From Octopus vulgaris (Eukaryota): DNA of 64,000 nucleotides. A program made the translations under genes and the position numbers. Under the pieces are notes generated by a model, which worked only from the letters and a program-made list of their open reading frames with translations, was not told the origin of the DNA and ran no database searches. The stretch covers positions 55,738,001-55,802,000 of the forward strand of contig OX597824.1 of the NCBI GenBank assembly GCA_951406725.2, in the 5' to 3' direction. Positions 62,821 through 64,000 of this stretch are shown piece after piece (the first letter of the stretch is position 1; each line of letters begins with the position of its first letter).

Positions 62821-64000
62821 CTGAAATCAGAGTCATGTTTGTGGATTAAATTACCTGTATGTATGTTATATTTTTTCTAATGAACTGGAATATCTATGTT
62901 TCGAATTTCATCAAAATTGCAGATGAGGGTTATTTCCCTCTTTACACACCCAAACAAAATTGTAATCGTGTCACATGTATCCCATACTACTGATTTTTAT
63001 GTGCATATTCCAAAATTCCAGTCTTATTGAACCTGTTAAAAAGATTTTGCTCCTGAAAAATGAAGGTCATGGAGCTCTAAAATGTGAGAGTTAAGGCCCC
63101 TGTTTGGGGTGGGCATCTTAATGTCAACCAAAGAAGTTGAATTGTTGAGAATCTTTTTAACTTGGGTCTTATATCTATTGTTTGAATTTCTTTGAAATAG
63201 GAAATATATGTTCACTGGGTTTGAATAATCACAATAAGCAGTCGGCTACTCTACCTTAGTCGTTACCACTCCCAATGTAGGATTCCTCACCATCCAGGTG
63301 ACAGGCACAGCCGTAAGATGCATTACGAATCTATAGCAATTGGAAGGGTGTGACCCAACTGAAATAAACATTAATAACTGTGTGACGTGAGGGCTAAGGA
63401 GAAATGAAAGTGTCACCTCTGGAGTTTGCAAATGACCACTATACTGATACATAATTGCACAGAAGAAATTTACAATCTATAAATGTCTTTGAATAACCAG
63501 TCACTCACCTGGGAAAGCCTTGAAATCAATCTGCGGATTGTGTGTGACCCAGTGATAATAAAAAGACTGAAACGAGGTCTGCAATCAAATAACTTTACTC
63601 AACACTTTGCAACTGAATCAGTGGAGGCAAAGATGCCTCTCATTTACTTGACAATTTATGCACCACATTGCAGAAATCACAATCTTAGTGTATGTCAAAG
63701 CAAAATCTTACACTGTTCTACCATTGAATTACAAAAAATGCATATCTTTTATGCTCGGGTAACCCAACAGCTTCCAAGAGTACAACTGTATTCGTTTTTG
63801 CTTAGATAAAAGGACAAAATTGTGGGTGTTAAGTCCCCATTGAGGGGTCTTTCTAACTTGGGGCTAAAACATTTTTAAGGATTTTAAGGAAATTTTACTT
63901 CATTTGTATCTAATATCTATGGTTAAAGTTTCGTCAACAGCAAAAATATATGAATTGTCATGGGGGTTGTGGCCCTTATGCATAGAATATAATTTCCAAA

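Overview
A repeat-saturated, AT-rich animal intergenic or intronic window with no recognisable intact host gene. The SINE families and the (TA)n/(CA)n/(CATA)n load suggest a cephalopod, probably Octopus (inference). Most of the short ORFs in the track are microsatellite artefacts. Recognisable elements: several tRNA-derived SINEs, RTE-type LINEs (one nearly intact, 36336-39460), Mariner, pogo and hAT copies and MITEs, a decayed autonomous Helitron plus non-autonomous Helitrons, a CsRn1-like Gypsy element and a second LTR whose PBS is a 51-nt tRNA-Trp copy. There are at least seven Penelope-like element (PLE) GIY-YIG remnants of several types, one with a still-open 462-aa thumb+endonuclease ORF lacking the RT core. 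The main hidden signal is RNA structure. Read by eye, the window holds about 15 type-I minimal hammerhead ribozyme (HHR) motifs from unrelated families, mostly just upstream of (TA)n tracts, with family-specific palindromic stem III sequences and apparent covariation of the core 3-8 pair. The standout is a GC-rich, non-coding 357-bp unit at 33212-34484 in tandem and inverted copies. Each full unit carries an HHR at the tip of a long G.U-rich rod, so it is a candidate retrozyme or viroid-like circular-RNA retroelement, lying next to a young PLE. All folds were read manually; no folding or database search was run.
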